A stretch of DNA of 64,000 bases from Candidatus Buchananbacteria bacterium CG10_big_fil_rev_8_21_14_0_10_33_19 (GTDB taxonomy: Bacteria; Patescibacteriota; Patescibacteriia; 2-01-FULL-39-33): the NCBI GenBank assembly GCA_002773855.1, contig PEZY01000012.1, forward strand, positions 4,255-68,254, read 5' to 3'. Numbering within the stretch: position 1 is the stretch's first letter; the number at the start of each line of letters is the position of its first letter. The position numbers were made by a program, and so were the translations under genes. Positions 63,527 through 64,000 of the stretch are shown one piece after another. Under the pieces are notes generated by a model. That model saw only the letters and a program-made list of their open reading frames with translations. It had not been told where the DNA came from and searched no databases.

Positions 63527-63551
63527 AAAACCGCTATTTAGCGGTTTTTAT
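63527..63551 (+). terminator. rho-independent terminator (AAACCGCTA-ttt-AGCGGTTTTT)
   Basis: 9-bp stem followed by TTTTT, 16 nt after the prfB stop. Confidence 0.6.
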
Positions 63552-64000
63552 AAATTTATGACAAAATCAAAAATATTTGTTTTGACTCTAATTAGTTTTG
63601 TGACTGGCATTGCGATAGCTAATTTTTTTATTTTAAATTTATTTTTTATTTTTTGTGCCCTTTTAATTTTAATATTTTTTTTAATAGTTTTTTGGTCAAA
63701 ATATAAATTAAGAATTTTTTTTATATTATTAATATTTTTGGGATTGGGAATTTATCGCTACCAAATATCACTGCCAAATATTAATGATGATAGTAAAATT
63801 TATTATTATAATAATAATCAGTCAATAGAGTTTTCTGGTCGAATACAAAAAGTAGACACTAGAATTGATCATCAAAAAATAACTATTGATGTTAAAAAAA
63901 TAACTAATAATTCTAAATCAGTTTCTGGTTTAGTGTTGGTGAATACTAATTTATACCCAGCCTATAATGTTGGTGATATAGTTAGTATTCAGTGTCAATT
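63548..64000 (+). CDS. comEC: competence protein ComEC/Rec2, N-terminal part (runs off the window end)
   Basis: N-terminal polytopic membrane region (MTKSKIFVLTLISFVTGIAIANFF...) followed by the OB-fold-like segment (IEFSGRIQKVDTRIDHQKITIDVKKI) typical of the ComEC N-terminal DUF4131 domain. The ORF is open to the window end. Confidence 0.5.

Noticed and set aside
1-64000. CRISPR arrays, rRNA genes, integrase/transposase genes, and selenocysteine or pyrrolysine machinery
   Set aside because: No direct-repeat/spacer periodicity of CRISPR type and no 16S/23S/5S-like conserved blocks were seen. None of the ORF translations show integrase (R..H..R..Y) or DDE transposase signatures. The repeated elements found are short non-coding palindromes rather than IS elements.

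Overview
AT-rich, gene-dense bacterial chromosome segment that reads like a small-genome Patescibacteria/CPR-type organism using the standard bacterial code (RF2 is present and intact). Housekeeping backbone: glyQS, an M16 peptidase, a GT4 glycosyltransferase, a 3-tRNA operon, parA/parB, rel, dprA-topA, a 4-tRNA cluster, pth, der, a kinase-like gene, and later msrB/msrA, an LCP protein, lepB, hisS, rpsU, ybeY, ftsA/ftsZ, prfB and the start of comEC. Between about 19 and 36 kb lies an accessory, repeat-punctuated region. It contains: (i) five co-oriented copies of a 12-bp-stem palindromic element, several fused to outward sigma70-like promoters; (ii) a candidate graspetide (microviridin-like RiPP) locus, with an unannotated 38-aa precursor ORF, a hairpin attenuator and an ATP-grasp ligase; (iii) a complete Type I R-M system (half-size hsdS, hsdM, DUF2130-like, full hsdS, hsdR, DUF45/YgjP-like) whose codon usage looks foreign; (iv) truncated gene relics (a TPR gene and a paralog of an unknown family) next to repeat copies. 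At 44-57 kb two tandem giant secreted proteins (974 and 3336 aa) share an N-terminal double-transmembrane VirB2/TrbC-pilin-like domain. This is followed by a huge multidomain extracellular region (IPT/TIG, LamG, Myxococcus-type Cys-rich repeats, TSP3 Ca-binding repeats, vWA), consistent with an adhesin or cell-contact apparatus. Several tRNAs are non-canonical. All calls rest on reading motifs in the supplied translations; no database searches were run.
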